Assembly: GCA_030264375.1 (NCBI GenBank)
Contig: JASCQW010000081.1
Coordinates: forward strand, 60,928,968-60,992,967
DNA from: Carcharhinus longimanus
Taxonomy: Eukaryota
DNA: 64,000 nt
Direction: 5' to 3'
Shown: positions 62,651 to 64,000 of the stretch, piece by piece
How positions within the stretch are numbered: position 1 is the stretch's first letter
Layout: every line of letters begins with the position of its first letter
Translations under genes and position numbers: made by a program
The notes under the pieces: model-generated
What the model was told of the DNA's origin: nothing
The model's database searches: none
What the model saw: the letters and a program-made list of their open reading frames with translations, nothing else

Positions 62651-64000
62651 GTTAGACATAAAATGGACAACAACTCCTCTTCGTAAGAAGCAAATTTCCT
62701 GAGAGGAAAATTTTTGGTTTTCCGTTGGGTCTGTGACACCCACTGGTCATTACCTTCCTTCTGAAATAATTGTCCATCTTGTATACTCGGCATTAGGATT
62801 CTGTGATTCAAATCATGTGAAGGAGATAGTTGAATTCCCTTTTAAAATTTAGCCCGTGTCTGAGATGCACGTCAGCCATCACTGTTGATAATGACTGCCT
62901 CAGTTTCTTGTTTTCCAAGCCTAATGTTGTTATGTTCCTGCACCTTTTGCCACGACTTGAGATTAGTTTCAGCAGTGGGAAGCACACATATCTCCCCAGG
63001 TGGAACCTGTTGGAAGGGTGAGTGCCAGTTGGTGATGTGGTGCCAGCTGCAATCCTGGAAGTAGCTTCAAAGTGTCCATTGGATTTGTATTTTTTTGTGA
63101 TAAAAGGAGTAGGTAGGCCACAGCCCTGAACAGTAACAGCTGCTGGTCAGAAAACACTATTTGCATTTGTCATTATGAATTCTTGGCACTACCTAGTGAG
63201 AGAAGAAGTCCTCGTTGACAGTTTGATGCTAAATCAGCCTAATTTTCCGCATGCTTTTCATAAAAATAAGCCTCAGATTCTATGATATACGCTGCCAAAT
63301 AGAGATGCCTGTGCAACTTACGAAAGCTGTTCTGGAAGGATTTCTACCTGCTCGAGAGGCAGCTTTCCAAAGTGTTCAGACCTATCATTATCAGATGTCT
63401 CAGTCATCTGTTGCTGCCAAAATGACATGGATCAAGACCAATTTGCTTATTCTTTTTCACCCCTTAATGTCTAGAGAAGTATTTTGGTCTTGAGTGAGCA
63501 TGGATGATGATATTGTGCAAGTGCTGGCCATTTAGTTGTCGTCACTTTGTGCAGCCTGATATTTGCCTCTCCTTGATTTTTTTAAGCCAGATGTAGCAGG
63601 AGGATCTTCCAAGTGAGGCCTACACTCCTGACATCAGTGAGAAGCCAAAGTGATTTGTGCTATTCCTAGCTTTCTGGGAAAAGCATCTGACATTAAATCC
63701 AAGTAACTGAACTTGTGCAATAAAAGCAAAAAACTAACTTGTAGGTTTGCCAAATCTGTGCCAGCTTACAATTTTGATTGGTGGAAGTCACTTTACTGGA
63801 TGTTTTACTCAAGGAGTAGATGGATGTATGACCTGGATTTTGTTGTGATTTTATGATGCTTTGGACAGAGTGGATTTGTTTCAATGTTTTCTTTGTGCTT
63901 CATGTTTGGTTGTGTTGTTCAATTGGAATTTACTTTTGGGCTACATTTGCAAAACTCAGATTTTTATTGAATATTGCAAGGAGCAAACCAAACCATTGCA

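Noticed and set aside
1-64000. CRISPR arrays, operons, rRNA, intact viral or transposase genes
   Set aside because: No regularly spaced repeat-spacer array and no long intact ORF. The content is vertebrate non-coding DNA.

Overview
This 64 kb window is AT-rich vertebrate genomic DNA, almost certainly from a shark or other elasmobranch, judging by HE1-type V-SINEs and shark-type CR1, L2, Rex1/Babar and Penelope-like retroelements. It comes from a gappy short-read assembly. I find no supportable host protein-coding gene. Every ORF in the track with recognisable protein similarity is a broken fragment of a retroelement protein (RT/endonuclease, or in one case a CR1 ORF1 esterase), and the rest are chance or N-spanning ORFs. 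The window looks like a large intron or gene-poor interval: a mosaic of decayed, often nested LINEs, SINEs and MITEs separated by repeat-poor unique blocks that may hold enhancers or short alternative exons. The most interesting signal is a set of minimal type-I hammerhead-ribozyme motifs at the ends of at least three Penelope-like repeat families. One motif (32510-32548) has a compensatory U3-A8 core, and two sit in palindromic elements. Other observations are an isolated ~26-bp-stem hairpin (18202-18286), template-switch scars (a 19-bp micro-inversion in a SINE and iterated templated insertions at a Rex1 5' junction), and a V-SINE subfamily with a Rex1-like tail. None of these amounts to a proven new system. 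All family assignments are by-eye motif recognition, not database hits, and boundaries are approximate.
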